NCBI GenBank assembly: GCA_963752365.1 | Contig: CAVVXY010000004.1 | Span: 3,903 to 67,902 of the forward strand | DNA: 64,000 nucleotides | DNA from: an uncultured Actinomycetota bacterium | GTDB taxonomy: Bacteria; Actinomycetota; Actinomycetes; Actinomycetales; Dermatophilaceae | Direction: 5' to 3' | Shown here: piece by piece, positions 44,932 through 56,400 of the stretch | How positions within the stretch are numbered: the first letter of the stretch is position 1 | Layout of the letters: every line of letters starts with the position of its first letter | Notes under the pieces: generated by a model | The model's input: the letters and a program-made list of their open reading frames with translations, nothing else | What the model was told of the DNA's origin: nothing | Databases searched by the model: none | Made by a program: the position numbers and the translations under genes

Positions 44932-45023
44932 GAGTGGCGAGGTGGCCGGAGAGGTGTAATCTCTGGCCCGTGGATAAACCGGAAAGCCTCCATCCAATAC
45001 CGCAAACGGAGTCGAGGAGAGCC

Positions 45024-46352
45024 ATGAGCGCCGCCGCAGAGGGCCCCCGGGACGGTCGCCATCGCGTCCTCGCGATGTCCTTCGTCGCGTTCACCCTGAT
45101 GTTCGCGGTCTGGCTCATGTTCGGCGTCCTCGGGGTCCCGATCCAGAAGGAGCTCGGTCTGACCGACCCGCAGCTCGCCTGGGTCAGTGCGGTCGCCGTC
45201 CTCAACGGCTCGCTGTGGCGTCTCCCCGCCGGCATGCTGACCGAGCGCATCGGCGGCCGGGTCGTCACCATCGCGATGCTCCTGCTGACGGCGATCCCCT
45301 GCTTCTTCCTCACCCGGGTCGGCTCCTACGGCGCGCTCCTCGTCCTCGCCTTCCTCGTCGGCTTCGCCGGCAACCTGTTCAGCGTCGGCATCGCATGGAA
45401 TGCCGCATGGTTCCCCAAGGAGCGCCAGGGCTTCGCCCTCGGACTGTTCGGCGCGGGCAACGTCGGCGCCTCGGTCACCAAGCTCCTCGTCGTGCTCGTC
45501 CCCTCGCTCATCGCCGGCACCGCCGGTCACGTCTACTTCGGGATCTTCGAGGGCGGTTGGCGGATCTTCCCCGCGATCTACACCGTGGCGCTGGTCGTCG
45601 CCGCGCTCCTCGTCCTCCTCGTCGTCCCGAGGAAGGACAAGGTCGGCGGTGCCGGCAAGCCGCTCGGCGAGATGCTGCGGCCGCTCCGGCACGTCCGGGT
45701 CTGGCGGTTCAGCCTCTACTACGCCGCGGTCTTCGGCGCCTACGTCGCGCTGTCCGCCTGGCTCCCGAAGTACTACATCGACAACTTCGGCATCAGCCTC
45801 CGTGAGGCGGCGCTGCTCACCGCGACCTTCATCTTCCCGGCTTCCCTGCTCCGCCCGCTCGGTGGCGCGATCTCCGACCGGTTCGGGGCGCGGCGGGTCA
45901 TGTACTGGACGTTCGGGGCGATGATCGCGACGACCGGCCTCCTCATGATGCCGAACGGCCACCTCGTCGTCGCGCACCCAGACGGCACCCAGTCCGAGCA
46001 CCTCGCCTACTCGATGGGGCTGGCGCCGTTCGTCGTCCTCGTCTTCCTCCTCGGCTGCGCCATGGGGGTCGGCAAGGCCGCCGTCTACAAGCACATCCCC
46101 GAGTACTTCCCCGACAACGTCGGCTCGGTCGGCGGCCTCGTCGGCATGTTCGGCGGCCTCGGCGGCTTCTTCCTACCGCCGCTGTTCGCCTACACCAAGG
46201 TCTGGTCCGGCTTCCCGTCCTCGACCTTCTTCGTCCTCTTCGTCCTGACCGTCGTCTGCGCGGTCTGGATGCACTGGACGGTCGTCCACATGCTCCACAA
46301 GGAGACGCCGGCGCTCGCCCGCCACATCGAGAGCCCGGCGCTCGCCACCTGA
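45024..46352 (+). CDS. narK: nitrate/nitrite transporter (NNP family MFS)
   Basis: Internal ATG 45024 of ORF 44934..46352, with GAGGAG upstream. NNP signature-like GFALGLFGAGNVG and GLVGMFGGLGGFFLPPLF. Confidence 0.9.
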   Translation: MSAAAEGPRDGRHRVLAMSFVAFTLMFAVWLMFGVLGVPIQKELGLTDPQLAWVSAVAVLNGSLWRLPAGMLTERIGGRVVTIAMLLLTAIPCFFLTRVGSYGALLVLAFLVGFAGNLFSVGIAWNAAWFPKERQGFALGLFGAGNVGASVTKLLVVLVPSLIAGTAGHVYFGIFEGGWRIFPAIYTVALVVAALLVLLVVPRKDKVGGAGKPLGEMLRPLRHVRVWRFSLYYAAVFGAYVALSAWLPKYYIDNFGISLREAALLTATFIFPASLLRPLGGAISDRFGARRVMYWTFGAMIATTGLLMMPNGHLVVAHPDGTQSEHLAYSMGLAPFVVLVFLLGCAMGVGKAAVYKHIPEYFPDNVGSVGGLVGMFGGLGGFFLPPLFAYTKVWSGFPSSTFFVLFVLTVVCAVWMHWTVVHMLHKETPALARHIESPALAT

Positions 46353-46405
46353 CCACCCACCGAGTGCCGGCGAACGGCATTCGCCAACCCCTGCAAGGAG
46401 ATTCG

Positions 46406-47797
46406 ATGAGCACGACCGCAGCCCGCAAGGGGGAGTGGCTCGAGGCCTGGGACCCGGAGAACGAGTCCACCTGGGACTCCGGTCTCGCCTGGCGGACGCT
46501 CTGGGTCACGACGTTCTGCCTGACCCTGGCGTTCATCGCGTGGTTCCTCCCGAGCGCCGTGATCCCCAAGCTCAACGCCCTCGGCTACACGTGGACCAAG
46601 AGCGAGCTCTACTGGATGGCGGCGATGCCCGGTCTGGCCGCGGGGCTGTTCCGGCTCGCGTGGATGGTCCTGCCGCCGATCATGGGGACCCGCAAGATGG
46701 TCTCCCTGACCTCCCTCCTGCTCATCGCCTCGACGCTCGGCTGGGGCGTCCGCGTGCAGGAGCCGACGGCGCCCTACTGGGAGCTCATGGTCCTCGCGTT
46801 CCTCGCGGGCGTCGGCGGCGGCGCCTTCTCCGGCTTCATGCCGTCGACCTCCTACTTCTTCCCGAAGCGCAAGCAGGGCACCGCGCTCGGCCTCCAGGCC
46901 GGCCTCGGCAACCTCGGCGTCTCGATCGTCCAGCTCCTCACGCCGTACCTCATCGCGATCGGCGGACTCGCCGTCTTCGGCGGCAGCCAGCTGATGAAGG
47001 TGCCCGGCAAGCCGGACAAGACCGTGTGGTTCCAGAACGCCGCATTCGTGTGGATCCCGCTCATGGTCATCGGTGCCGTGCTCGCGTGGACGATGCTCAA
47101 GTCGGTGCCGGTCAAGGCCAACATCCGCCAGCAGTTCGACATCTTCGGCAACCAGGACACCTGGTGGATGACGATCCTCTACATCATGACCTTCGGCACG
47201 TTCTCGGGGCTGTCTGCCCAGTTCGGCCTGCTCATGCTCAACCTCTACGGCGCGGGCAACGACAAGATCGTCTCCGGCACCGGCGCCGCCGCCAAGGTCC
47301 TCATCGAGGGCTACGCGCTCCCCGACCCGGTCAAGTACGTCTTCCTCGGCCCGCTCATCGGCGCGGTCGCGCGCTTCGCCTTCGCCCCGCTGACCGACCG
47401 GATGGGTGGCGCCAGGTGGTCGCTGGTCTCGGGCGTCGGGCTCATCGGCTCGATCATCTACACGATCGGTGGCCTCACGCCCGACACGTCGAATGCCGAT
47501 GCGCTCACCGGCGGCTTCCACCAGTTCCTCTACGGGATGCTGGCGATCTTCCTGTTCGCGGGGATCGGCAACGCCTCGACCTTCAAGCAGATGCCGATGA
47601 TCTTCGAGCGCCGGCAGGCCGGTGGCGTCATCGGCTGGACAGCGGCGATCGCCGCCTTCGGGCCGTTCCTCTTCGGGGTCGGCATCAACAGCCTCGGCGC
47701 GGTGCCCTTCTACTGGGTCGGTGTCGCCTGGGCGGTCATGTGCGTCGGCATCACGTGGTGGCGCTACGCGCGGCCGGGCGCCCCCAAGCCCAGCTGA
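46406..47797 (+). CDS. narK: nitrate/nitrite transporter, second NarK-type (antiporter-like) paralog
   Basis: Internal ATG 46406 of ORF 46364..47797, with AAGGAG upstream. GTALGLQAGLGNLG and AGIGNASTFKQMP motifs. Confidence 0.9.
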   Translation: MSTTAARKGEWLEAWDPENESTWDSGLAWRTLWVTTFCLTLAFIAWFLPSAVIPKLNALGYTWTKSELYWMAAMPGLAAGLFRLAWMVLPPIMGTRKMVSLTSLLLIASTLGWGVRVQEPTAPYWELMVLAFLAGVGGGAFSGFMPSTSYFFPKRKQGTALGLQAGLGNLGVSIVQLLTPYLIAIGGLAVFGGSQLMKVPGKPDKTVWFQNAAFVWIPLMVIGAVLAWTMLKSVPVKANIRQQFDIFGNQDTWWMTILYIMTFGTFSGLSAQFGLLMLNLYGAGNDKIVSGTGAAAKVLIEGYALPDPVKYVFLGPLIGAVARFAFAPLTDRMGGARWSLVSGVGLIGSIIYTIGGLTPDTSNADALTGGFHQFLYGMLAIFLFAGIGNASTFKQMPMIFERRQAGGVIGWTAAIAAFGPFLFGVGINSLGAVPFYWVGVAWAVMCVGITWWRYARPGAPKPS

Positions 47798-47813
47798 GAC
47801 GCGCCCGACCCGT

Positions 47814-47860
47814 CGAGAGGTCACGACCCGCCGCGCACGCCGGCGGGTCGTGACCTCTCG
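47814..47860 (+). repeat. REP-like palindromic element / terminator hairpin, copy 2
   Basis: CGAGAGGTCACGACCCGCCG, a 7-nt loop, then CGGCGGGTCGTGACCTCTCG (20 bp perfect). Starts 16 nt after the stop at 47797. Confidence 0.65.
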
Positions 47861-47944
47861 ATGCGGACGGCCGCGGGTCGCCGCGCATGGGGCGCGTCAC
47901 AGGGTCCCGGACCGACGTGCGCTAGGTCGGTAGGTTTGGCCGCA

Positions 47945-47983
47945 CGTGCGGGTGCCGAGGAGACCCCTGTCGGCACCCGCACG
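47945..47983 (+). promoter_or_regulatory. 14-bp hairpin in the pntA leader
   Basis: CGTGCGGGTGCCGA, an 11-nt loop (GGAGACCCCTG), then TCGGCACCCGCACG. Lies between TAGGTT (47932-47937) and GTG 48013. Confidence 0.4.
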
Positions 47984-48012
47984 GCCACGCCCCCAGACGG
48001 ACGGAGACGCTC

Positions 48013-49536
48013 GTGCGGATCGGAGTGCCCAGGGAGAGTGGCCCGGGCGAACGCCGGGTCGCCGCGACCCCCAAGACGGTCGCGCAGCTCATCGGGCTCG
48101 GCTACGAGGTGAGCGTCGAGCCGGGCGCGGGAGCGCTGGCCGCCTACCCCGACGCCGCCTACGCGGCCGCCGGTGCCGACGTCGCGGGCGACGTCTGGGA
48201 CGCCGACGTCGTCCTCAAGATCAACGCACCTTCCGAGGCGGAGGTCGGGCGAATGCGTTCCGGCCAGCTCCTCGCCTCGCTCCTGTCTCCCGCCCTGCGC
48301 CCCGAGCTCGTCGAGAGCCTGCGCGCCGCCGGCGTCACCGCGCTCGCGATGGACGCGGTCCCGCGGATCTCCCGCGCCCAGTCCCTCGACGTCCTCTCCT
48401 CGATGGCCAACCTCGGCGGTTACCGGGCGATCGTCGAGGCGGCGCACGAGTTCGGCGGGCTGTTCACCGGTCAGGTGACCGCTGCGGGCAAGGTCCCGCC
48501 CGCCAAGGTCCTCGTCGTCGGAGCCGGGGTCGCCGGGCTCGCCGCCGTCGGGACGGCGCACTCGCTCGGCGCCGTCGTCCGCGCCTTCGACGCAAGGCCC
48601 GAGGTGGCCGAGCAGGTCGAGTCGATGGGGGCGGAGTTCCTCCGGATCGACGTCGAGGACACCGGCCCCTCGGCCGACGGCTACGCGAAGGAGACGGGGG
48701 AGGACTTCGACCGCAAGGCCGCCGAGCTGTACGCCGCCCAGGCCGCGGACGTCGACATCATCGTCACGACCGCCCTCATCCCCGGCCGACCCGCACCACG
48801 GCTCATCACCGAGGAGATGGTCGCCTCGATGCGGCCCGGCTCGGTCGTCGTCGACATGGCCGCGTCCAACGGCGGCAACGTCGCGGGCTCACAGGCCGAC
48901 GAGCTCGTCACGACGGCGGGCGGCGTGAAGATCATCGGCTACACCGACCTGCCCGGCCGGCTGCCGACCCAGGCCTCGCAGCTCTTCGGGACCAACCTCG
49001 TCAACCTCCTCAAGCTCCTGACCCCGGCCAAGGACGGCCGGCCCGTCCTCGACCTCGACGACGTCGTCCTCCGGGGCATGACGGTGACCCGGGAGGGCGA
49101 GACGCTCTGGCCGCCGCCGCCCGTCCAGGTCTCGGCGGCCCCCGTCGCCGCCGTCGCCGTCGAACCGGTCGTCGCCAAGCGTCGCGACCCCCGCCGCAGG
49201 CTCGCGCTCATCGGCGTCGGCGTCCTCGCCTACCTCCTCGTCGCGGCGACCGCGCCGGTGTCGCTGCTGCCGCACTTCACGGTCTTCATGCTTGCCGTCG
49301 TCGTCGGCTACTACGTCATCGGGCACGTGCACCACGCGCTGCACACACCCCTCATGTCCGTGACGAATGCGATCAGCGGGATCATCGTCATCGGCGCCCT
49401 CATCCAGATCGAGCCGCCGACGACGACGATCAAGGTCCTCGCGTTCGTCGCGATCCTCCTCGCGAGCATCAACGTGTTCGGCGGGTTCATGGTGACGCAG
49501 CGAATGCTCGCGATGTTCCGGAGGGCGGAGCGGTGA
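48013..49536 (+). CDS. pntA: NAD(P) transhydrogenase alpha subunit (fused dI + TM part)
   Basis: ORF 48013..49536, GTG start with GGAG upstream. Motifs [21 protein letters not shown] and a C-terminal 4-TM segment. Confidence 0.9.
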   Translation: MRIGVPRESGPGERRVAATPKTVAQLIGLGYEVSVEPGAGALAAYPDAAYAAAGADVAGDVWDADVVLKINAPSEAEVGRMRSGQLLASLLSPALRPELVESLRAAGVTALAMDAVPRISRAQSLDVLSSMANLGGYRAIVEAAHEFGGLFTGQVTAAGKVPPAKVLVVGAGVAGLAAVGTAHSLGAVVRAFDARPEVAEQVESMGAEFLRIDVEDTGPSADGYAKETGEDFDRKAAELYAAQAADVDIIVTTALIPGRPAPRLITEEMVASMRPGSVVVDMAASNGGNVAGSQADELVTTAGGVKIIGYTDLPGRLPTQASQLFGTNLVNLLKLLTPAKDGRPVLDLDDVVLRGMTVTREGETLWPPPPVQVSAAPVAAVAVEPVVAKRRDPRRRLALIGVGVLAYLLVAATAPVSLLPHFTVFMLAVVVGYYVIGHVHHALHTPLMSVTNAISGIIVIGALIQIEPPTTTIKVLAFVAILLASINVFGGFMVTQRMLAMFRRAER

Positions 49537-50927
49537 GCTCGTCCCTGGTCGTCTCGCTGGCGTTCGCGGCCTACACGGTCGCCGCGCTCTTCTTCATCCT
49601 CGCCCTCGCCGGACTGAGCAGGCACGAGTCGGCCAAGCAGGGGAATGCATTCGGCGTCCTCGGGATGGCCGTCGCGGTCGTCGCGACCCTGGGGCTCGTC
49701 GTCGACGCCTACGGAGTCGGGCCGCTCGCCCTCGCGGTGCTCGCCATGGCCATCGGGGCGGCCATCGGGATCTGGCGGGCCAAGGTCGTCGAGATGACCG
49801 GGATGCCCGAGCTCATCGCGATGATGCACTCCTTCGTCGGGCTCGCGGCCGTCCTCGTCGGCTACAACTCCTACCTCGAGACGCGGGCTTTCGGCGGCGG
49901 GGACTCGGTGCACCAGGTCGAGGTCTTCCTCGGGGTCTTCATCGGCGCCGTCACCTTCACCGGGTCCGTCGTCGCCTTCCTCAAGCTGTCGGCGCGGATC
50001 TCCTCGGCCCCGCTCATGCTGCCCATGCGGCACCTGCTCAACCTCGTCGCCCTGGTCGCCTCGGCGGCGCTGCTCGTCTGGTTCGTCGCCGCGCCCTCGG
50101 TGCTGCCGCTCCTGCTCATGACGGTCGTCGCGCTCGCCTTCGGGTGGCACCTCGTCGCGTCGATCGGCGGCGGTGACATGCCGGTCGTCGTCTCGATGCT
50201 CAACAGCTACTCCGGCTGGGCCGCGGCCGCCTCCGGCTTCCTGCTCGGCAACGACCTGCTCATCATCACCGGCGCGCTCGTCGGCTCCTCCGGTGCCTAC
50301 CTGTCGTACATCATGTGCCGCGCGATGAACCGCTCGTTCGCCTCGGTCATCATGGGCGGCTTCGGCTCGGACGGGGCCGTGACGGGCGAGGCCCGGGACT
50401 ACGGCGACCACCAGGAGATCACCGCCGAGGGCGTCGCCACCCTGCTCGACGACGCGAAGTCCGTCGTCATCACCCCCGGCTACGGGATGGCGACCGCCCA
50501 GGCGCAGCACGCCGTCGCGGACCTGACCAAGCGGCTCCGGGACCGGGGCGTCGACGTGCGCTTCGGCATTCACCCGGTCGCCGGCCGGCTCCCCGGCCAC
50601 ATGAACGTCCTGCTCGCCGAGGCCAAGGTGCCCTACGACATCGTCCTGGAGATGGACGAGGTCAACGACGACCTGCCGTCGACCGACGTCGTCCTCGTCA
50701 TCGGCGCCAACGACACCGTCAACCCGGCCGCGACCGACGAGCCGGACTCGCCGATCGCCGGAATGCCGGTGCTCAAGGTGTGGGAGGCGCGCGACGTCAT
50801 CGTCTTCAAGCGCTCGATGGCGACCGGCTACGCGGGCGTCCAGAACCCGCTGTTCTTCAAGGACAACACGCACATGCTCTTCGGGGACGCGAAGCAGCGG
50901 GTCGAGGACATCATCGCGGCGCTGTGA
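49533..50927 (+). CDS. pntB: NAD(P) transhydrogenase beta subunit
   Basis: GTG 49533 within ORF 47946..50927, overlapping the pntA stop (GTGA). [16 protein letters not shown] and [12 protein letters not shown]...[19 protein letters not shown] motifs. Confidence 0.9.
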   Translation: MSSSLVVSLAFAAYTVAALFFILALAGLSRHESAKQGNAFGVLGMAVAVVATLGLVVDAYGVGPLALAVLAMAIGAAIGIWRAKVVEMTGMPELIAMMHSFVGLAAVLVGYNSYLETRAFGGGDSVHQVEVFLGVFIGAVTFTGSVVAFLKLSARISSAPLMLPMRHLLNLVALVASAALLVWFVAAPSVLPLLLMTVVALAFGWHLVASIGGGDMPVVVSMLNSYSGWAAAASGFLLGNDLLIITGALVGSSGAYLSYIMCRAMNRSFASVIMGGFGSDGAVTGEARDYGDHQEITAEGVATLLDDAKSVVITPGYGMATAQAQHAVADLTKRLRDRGVDVRFGIHPVAGRLPGHMNVLLAEAKVPYDIVLEMDEVNDDLPSTDVVLVIGANDTVNPAATDEPDSPIAGMPVLKVWEARDVIVFKRSMATGYAGVQNPLFFKDNTHMLFGDAKQRVEDIIAAL

Positions 50928-51083
50928 GTGGTCCGCCGCCGTGGTCGCTGCGTATCACGATGGCCTGTCGGGTGGAGCAGGTCGAACGACGGTGAGTCGT
51001 GCCCTGACCGGTCCTACCATCGGTCTCAGGCGCGTCGCGTCGCGGCGTCCTCACAACTTCGCCGGAACGGGTGCGTGAGTGAG

Positions 51084-51521
51084 ATGAAGTTCGACCTGGT
51101 CACGAAGGCGTCGCCCGAGCAGGTGCTCGAGGCCATGACGGACTTCACGGATCGCCGGCTGCAGATCTGGTCGACCCTCGACCCCGGGGTCTACGAGGTC
51201 AGGGAGGTGGGCGACACCTGGGCGGTGGCGCGGGAGGGGTCACCGCACTCGCCGTTCTGGGTCATCCTCCGCTACGACTGGTCCGACCCTCGCGTGATCC
51301 GGTGGACCGAGCTGGAGACCAACCACGGAGACCCCGGCGAGGGGTCCATCCGGGTCGAGCCGCTCGCGGCGGGAGGCAGCCGGCTGCACGTCGAGTGGAC
51401 AACCCATCCCGTCCGTCTCCGGCACAAGGTGGTCATCTCTCTGATCCACAACACGATGAACCGTCCCATCGCGCGGATGTGGCGCAAGGAGCTGGATCGG
51501 TTCGCCCTGGCCCAGACCTGA
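51084..51521 (+). CDS. SRPBCC-superfamily (polyketide cyclase/dehydrase-like) protein
   Basis: Internal ATG 51084 of ORF 50928..51521. 145 aa. N-terminal beta-strand start MKFDLVTKASPEQVLEAMTDF, typical of the fold. Confidence 0.6.
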   Translation: MKFDLVTKASPEQVLEAMTDFTDRRLQIWSTLDPGVYEVREVGDTWAVAREGSPHSPFWVILRYDWSDPRVIRWTELETNHGDPGEGSIRVEPLAAGGSRLHVEWTTHPVRLRHKVVISLIHNTMNRPIARMWRKELDRFALAQT

Positions 51522-51638
51522 CCACTGGCTCTCTTCGAGCGCGTCGATCGGCGCGCCCGAGCGTCGATGCATTCCGGGCCGCCGCCGAGGACGGGCGTCA
51601 AGACGTCCGCGGGGCATTCGTCGGTGGCGACCCAGGAG

Positions 51639-53405
51639 TCATGGGCGAGCGCCCCGCCACGACTCCGACGCCAGCAGTCGCTCGGTCAGTGCGGACGAGC
51701 GCTCGATCGGCGTCGCAACCGCGGCCCGGATCGCCACGCGGCTGCCGATGACCGTCAGCCGCCGCCGTGCACGGGTCGTCGCGGTGTAGAGCAGCTCGCG
51801 GGTCAGCAGCCGCGACCCGAGCGCGGGGACGATGACCGTCACGTCATCGGCTTCGCTGCCCTGCGCCTTGTGGACGGTCATCGCGTGCATCGTCTCGAGG
51901 TCGGCGAGGCGCCACGGGGAGAACGTCCTGATGCCCTGCCCGGTCTGAATGGCAGCGAGCGGGTGCCCGTCGGGGCCGCGGACGACGACGCCGACGTCGC
52001 CGTTGGCCACGTCGAGCCCGTAGTCGTTGCGGGTGATGAGGATCGGCCGGCCGAGGTAGTACGGCTGGTGCGCGATCTCCGGGGCGGTCGCGGCAAGGGC
52101 CTGCTCGACGACGCGGTTCCAGCGGCGAATGCCGTGCGGCCCCGACCGGCGCCCGCAGAGCAGCCGTGTCCGACCGAGGAGCGCGATGGCGCCCTCCACG
52201 TCACCTGCGAGGGCGCGCTCGCGAAGAGCGGCGGCCTGCTCGGTGACGGACGTGAGGTCCTCGAGGGTCGGCTCGTCGGTCTCGACGAAGGAGATCTCCG
52301 GATGGCCGGCGTCGAGGACGGCGAGGACCGCGTCGGGGTCGCCGGCGCGGAAGGCCCGGGCGAGGTCCTGGGCGGCCTCCCCGAAGCGCCGGGTCTCGAT
52401 CAGCTCGACGACGTCACCGCCACCCCGCAGCCCGCGGACGAGGTCGGCGAGGACGGTGCCGGCCTCGACCGAGGCGAGCTGGTCGGGGTCGCCGACGAGG
52501 AGCAGCCGGGTCGAGGGTGCGAGCGCATCGAGGAGGCGGGCCATGAGGCCGAGACCGACCATCGAGGCCTCGTCGACGACGACGACGTCGTGCGGGAGCG
52601 GGTTGCCGGCGTCATGGCGGAAGCGGGTGCTGGACCGCGGGAGCGACCCGAGCAGGCGATGGATCGTCGTGGCCGGGTCGAAGGCGCCCGCCCCGAGCCC
52701 GGCCTCGAGGGTCTCGTTCATCCGGGCGGCGGCCTTGCCGGTCGGCGCCGCGAGCGCGACGCGAGGCGCGCTCCCGTCGTCGAAGCGGAGCGCTCGGAGG
52801 ACCGAGGCGATCGTCCACGTCTTGCCGGTGCCGGGCCCGCCGGTCAGCACGGTCGTCGGCCGGTCGGCGACCGAGCGCACCGCGTCGGACTGACGTGCGT
52901 TGAGGCCGCTCGCGGTGACCGCCTGCTCGAGGACGGCCGGGTCGAGTGCCCGGAGCCGGTCCGGGGAGCGGGCGCCGAGCCAGTCGGCGACGAGCTGCTC
53001 GTCCCGCACGTAGCGGTCGAGCTGGACGAGCCCGAAGTCGGTCCGCAGCACCCCGGCCTCGGTGAGCCGGCTCGCGCGGACGCATTCGAGCCAGGCGCCG
53101 GGCTCCGGGAGGGCCACGAGGTCACCGGGGCCGCCGGGTGCGTCGTCGACCTCCTCCGCGTCGCCGGCGATGGGCCGCGGGGCGAGCCGGGCGACCGCGT
53201 CGAGGTGGAGGGCGCTCGAACCCTCGCGGGCGGCCCGGACCGCGAAGGCGAGCGCGAGCACCGCATCGTCGTCGCTCTCGCCGACGAGGCGGGCGATGCG
53301 TGTCGCGACGAGGCAGTCGGAGCCGTCGAGGTATCCGGCCGCGTTGAGGTCGGCGAGCCGGCCGGTCGCGGCCACGGTGAGACGCGGGTCCCCGGCGCCG
53401 CTCAT
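51639..53405 (-). CDS. recD: exodeoxyribonuclease V alpha subunit
   Basis: ATG 53405 within ORF 51639..53495, overlapping the recB stop (ATGA). Walker A LTGGPGTGKT, VVVDEASMV, and C-terminal MTVHKAQGSE. Confidence 0.9.
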   Translation of the reverse strand: MSGAGDPRLTVAATGRLADLNAAGYLDGSDCLVATRIARLVGESDDDAVLALAFAVRAAREGSSALHLDAVARLAPRPIAGDAEEVDDAPGGPGDLVALPEPGAWLECVRASRLTEAGVLRTDFGLVQLDRYVRDEQLVADWLGARSPDRLRALDPAVLEQAVTASGLNARQSDAVRSVADRPTTVLTGGPGTGKTWTIASVLRALRFDDGSAPRVALAAPTGKAAARMNETLEAGLGAGAFDPATTIHRLLGSLPRSSTRFRHDAGNPLPHDVVVVDEASMVGLGLMARLLDALAPSTRLLLVGDPDQLASVEAGTVLADLVRGLRGGGDVVELIETRRFGEAAQDLARAFRAGDPDAVLAVLDAGHPEISFVETDEPTLEDLTSVTEQAAALRERALAGDVEGAIALLGRTRLLCGRRSGPHGIRRWNRVVEQALAATAPEIAHQPYYLGRPILITRNDYGLDVANGDVGVVVRGPDGHPLAAIQTGQGIRTFSPWRLADLETMHAMTVHKAQGSEADDVTVIVPALGSRLLTRELLYTATTRARRRLTVIGSRVAIRAAVATPIERSSALTERLLASESWRGARP

Positions 53406-56400
53406 CGGGCCACCCCCGCGCCCGGAGCGGTGCCGGTCGGCGCCGCGTCGAGGAGCGCCGAGACCTCCTCGATGAGGGCGACCGGCGGCCGCCACGCGAA
53501 GACCCCGTGCGGCGCCCCGTCGACGGTCGGGGCGTCGGGCCCGGCCATGCCCCGCAGGTAGAGGTAGAGGACGCCGCCGAGGTGCGTCGCCGGGTCGTAG
53601 CCGGGCAGCCGCCAGCGGAGGTAGCGGTGGAGGACGACGGCGTAGAGCAGCGCCTGGAGGGGGTAGGACGTGTGGGTCATCGCCTCGGCGAGCCGTCCGG
53701 GTGCGTAGGCGTCGAGGGTCAGCTCGGTGTCCGGGTCACCGAGCCAGTTGGTCTTGTGGTCGACGACGAAGTAGCGCCCGTCGTGCCGGAAGGTGAGGTC
53801 GACCGACCCGGTCAGGTAGCCACGGAGCACCTGGTCCCCGAGCCCGGGCGCCTCGAGCGTCGCCGCGTAGGGCAGGAGCGGGTCGCCGGCGGGCAGATGG
53901 CGGCGCAGGGCGGCGGCGAGGTCGCGGAGGACGGCGGGGGCGACCGGGGTGTCGCCGTGCGCGAGCGGCAGCTCGAAGTCCATCTCGGCGAGCGAGTCGC
54001 GACTCCCGATGTCGACGAGCCGGACGTCACCCGCGATCGGCCCCAGCGGGGTCCCGCAGACGAGGACGAGCGCGTCGGCGAGGTCGTCGGCGTCGAGGCC
54101 GTCGACCGGCCAGTGCAGGCGCTCCTCGGCGATCCGTGCGGCGAGCTCTGCGCGCAGGTCGTCGGACTGCAGGTCGGCCGTCTCCAGGACGGCGTGGACG
54201 AGAGAGCCGAAGGTCGCGCCGACCGGCAGCCCGGCCATCGGTGAGCGAATGCCGGACCCCACGACCGCGGTCAGGGCCACCTCCTCCTCGTCGTGGCTGC
54301 CGACGGCCGCGATCTCCGGCTCGCTGCCGCGAGCACCTGGCCGGCCCTCGGCGACGGTCCCGACGGCGACCGACTCGGCGGCGGTGAGCGCGCTGTAGGA
54401 CGTCCGTCGCCAGTCGTGGTCGATCCGTCGCGTGAAGGCGCGGGCGCCGAGCGGGTCCGACGGCCCGGGCGGCACCGTCGCCCGCACCGGCGCTCGGTGC
54501 TCGACCACCTCGGCGAGGCTGAACGCGCCGGCGGCGCTCCAGGCATTCAGCATCGCCTCGACGACCGGGGGTGGCGGCTCCCTGCCGGGCCGCTCGAGCG
54601 GCGCGACCGGCCGACCCGCCGTCGGCGGGGCGAGGTAGGCGGTGAGACCCGCGGCGTCCCGCGCCCGGCCGAAGAGGAGTCGGTGAAGCCCGCTCGCCGG
54701 GGTGTTGTAGGTCGGTGCCCAGGTGAGGACGAGCTGGGACTGGGCGCGGGTCATCGCGACGTAGGCGAGGCGCAGGTCCTCGTCCTCGGCCTCGCGCTGG
54801 GCGTCGACCTTGGCGCCTCGGTCCTCCCCGAAGGCGATGACGCGCTCGCTGGTCCGGTGGACGACGACCGGGTCGTCCGAGGGGATCCAGTTGCTGAAGA
54901 GGAACGGCGCGTGGACGACGGGGTACTGGAGGCCCTTGCTGCCGTGGATCGTCGACAAGGTCACGGCGTGCGCGTCGGAGTCGAGGCGGATGACGCGTGT
55001 CCCCGTGCCGATCTCAGCGTCGTCGGCCGACTGGCGCAGCAGCCAGGTGACCAGCGCCGTGAGCGTCGGACGACCGGTCGCGGCCTGCTCCTGGAGGACC
55101 TGGGCGCAGTGCTCGACGTCGGTGAGGTCGCGTTCGCCGCCGACCCGGCCGAGCAGCCGGGCGATGAGCCCGTCGCCCCGGAGGACGTCGACGACGCCGG
55201 GCAGCCCGCCGCGGTGGAATGCCGTGACGAGCTCGCGGACCCGCTCGGCGGCGCGGTCCGTCGCGTGCTCGCCGAGGGAGTCGAGCTCGACGACCGACCA
55301 GCCGATGAGCGGGGTCAGGCAGGCGGCGCGGACGCGGTCGGGCCGGTGCGGCTGCTCCAGCGCGGTCAGCAGGGCGAGCCACCATGTCGCCGCCTCGGTC
55401 CGCAGGACCGACTCGTTGGTCACGAGCACCGAGGGGACGCCGGCCGAGCGGAGAGCGCCGCGGACCGCGTGCAGGTCCTTGGTCGTGCGCGCGAGGACGG
55501 CGACGTCGCGCGCGAGCAGCGGCCGCCCGTCGAACTGCGCCTCGGCGCCGAGGAGCGCCGCGATGTCGGCCGCGGTGTCGGCGGCGACGAGCGGCCGGGC
55601 CTGGTCCATCGGCATCCGGTCGCCCGCGACGTGGCGGAGCCGGACCGGGCTGCCGTCCGGGGCGCCGGCGAGGCGGTGCCCGGTCAGCCGAGCGCTGATC
55701 GGGTGCACCTCGATCCCCGGCGAGAGCTCGGCGCCGCACATGAGGACCTGGAGCGCGTCGACGAGCGGCGCGTCGGAGCGGTGGTTGGCCGGCAGGCTCG
55801 ACCTCGTCGTCGCCTCGCGGGCCGCGGTGAGGTAGGTGTCGACGTCCCCGCCGCGGAAGCCGTAGATCGCCTGCTTGGGGTCGCCGATGAGGACGAGCGC
55901 CCGGCTCGCGTCCTTGAACGCGCGCGAGAACACCTGCCACTGCACCGGGTCGGTGTCCTGGAACTCGTCGACGAGCACGACCGACCAGCGCTGACGCATC
56001 CGAAGTCGGGCCGGCCCGTCCTCGTCGACGAGCGCGTCGGCGAGCTCGGCGAGGAGGTCGTCGTAGCCGAGCAGGGACGCCCCTCGCTTGCGCCGGTCGA
56101 ACTCGCGCTGCACGTCGCGCATGAACTGCTGCCGAGCCGCGACCCGCGCGGACGGCTGGTCGGGGAGGATCGGCGCGCGGGGGTTGTCGAGGGCGAGGCG
56201 GGCGTCCGCACTGCTCCGCGCGTGGTCGGCGCCCGGGCCGGGGCTCGCGCCTGATCCGCTGCCCCGCACCGCCCGCGCGAGGAACAGGTCGTCGACGACG
56301 TCCCGGCGCAGGTCGCTCAGGTCCTCGACGAGCGTCGCGTGCGGATCGGAGTCGCCGGCGACGCCGAGCCCGCGCAGGACGAGGTGGCAGAACTGGTGGA

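Noticed and set aside
40272-46094. Single 1940-aa ORF that would make a giant NarG fusion.
   Set aside because: Only the last about 1260 codons are NarG. Upstream the frame runs through the regulator remnant and then antisense to narK. It stays open only because stop codons are rare.
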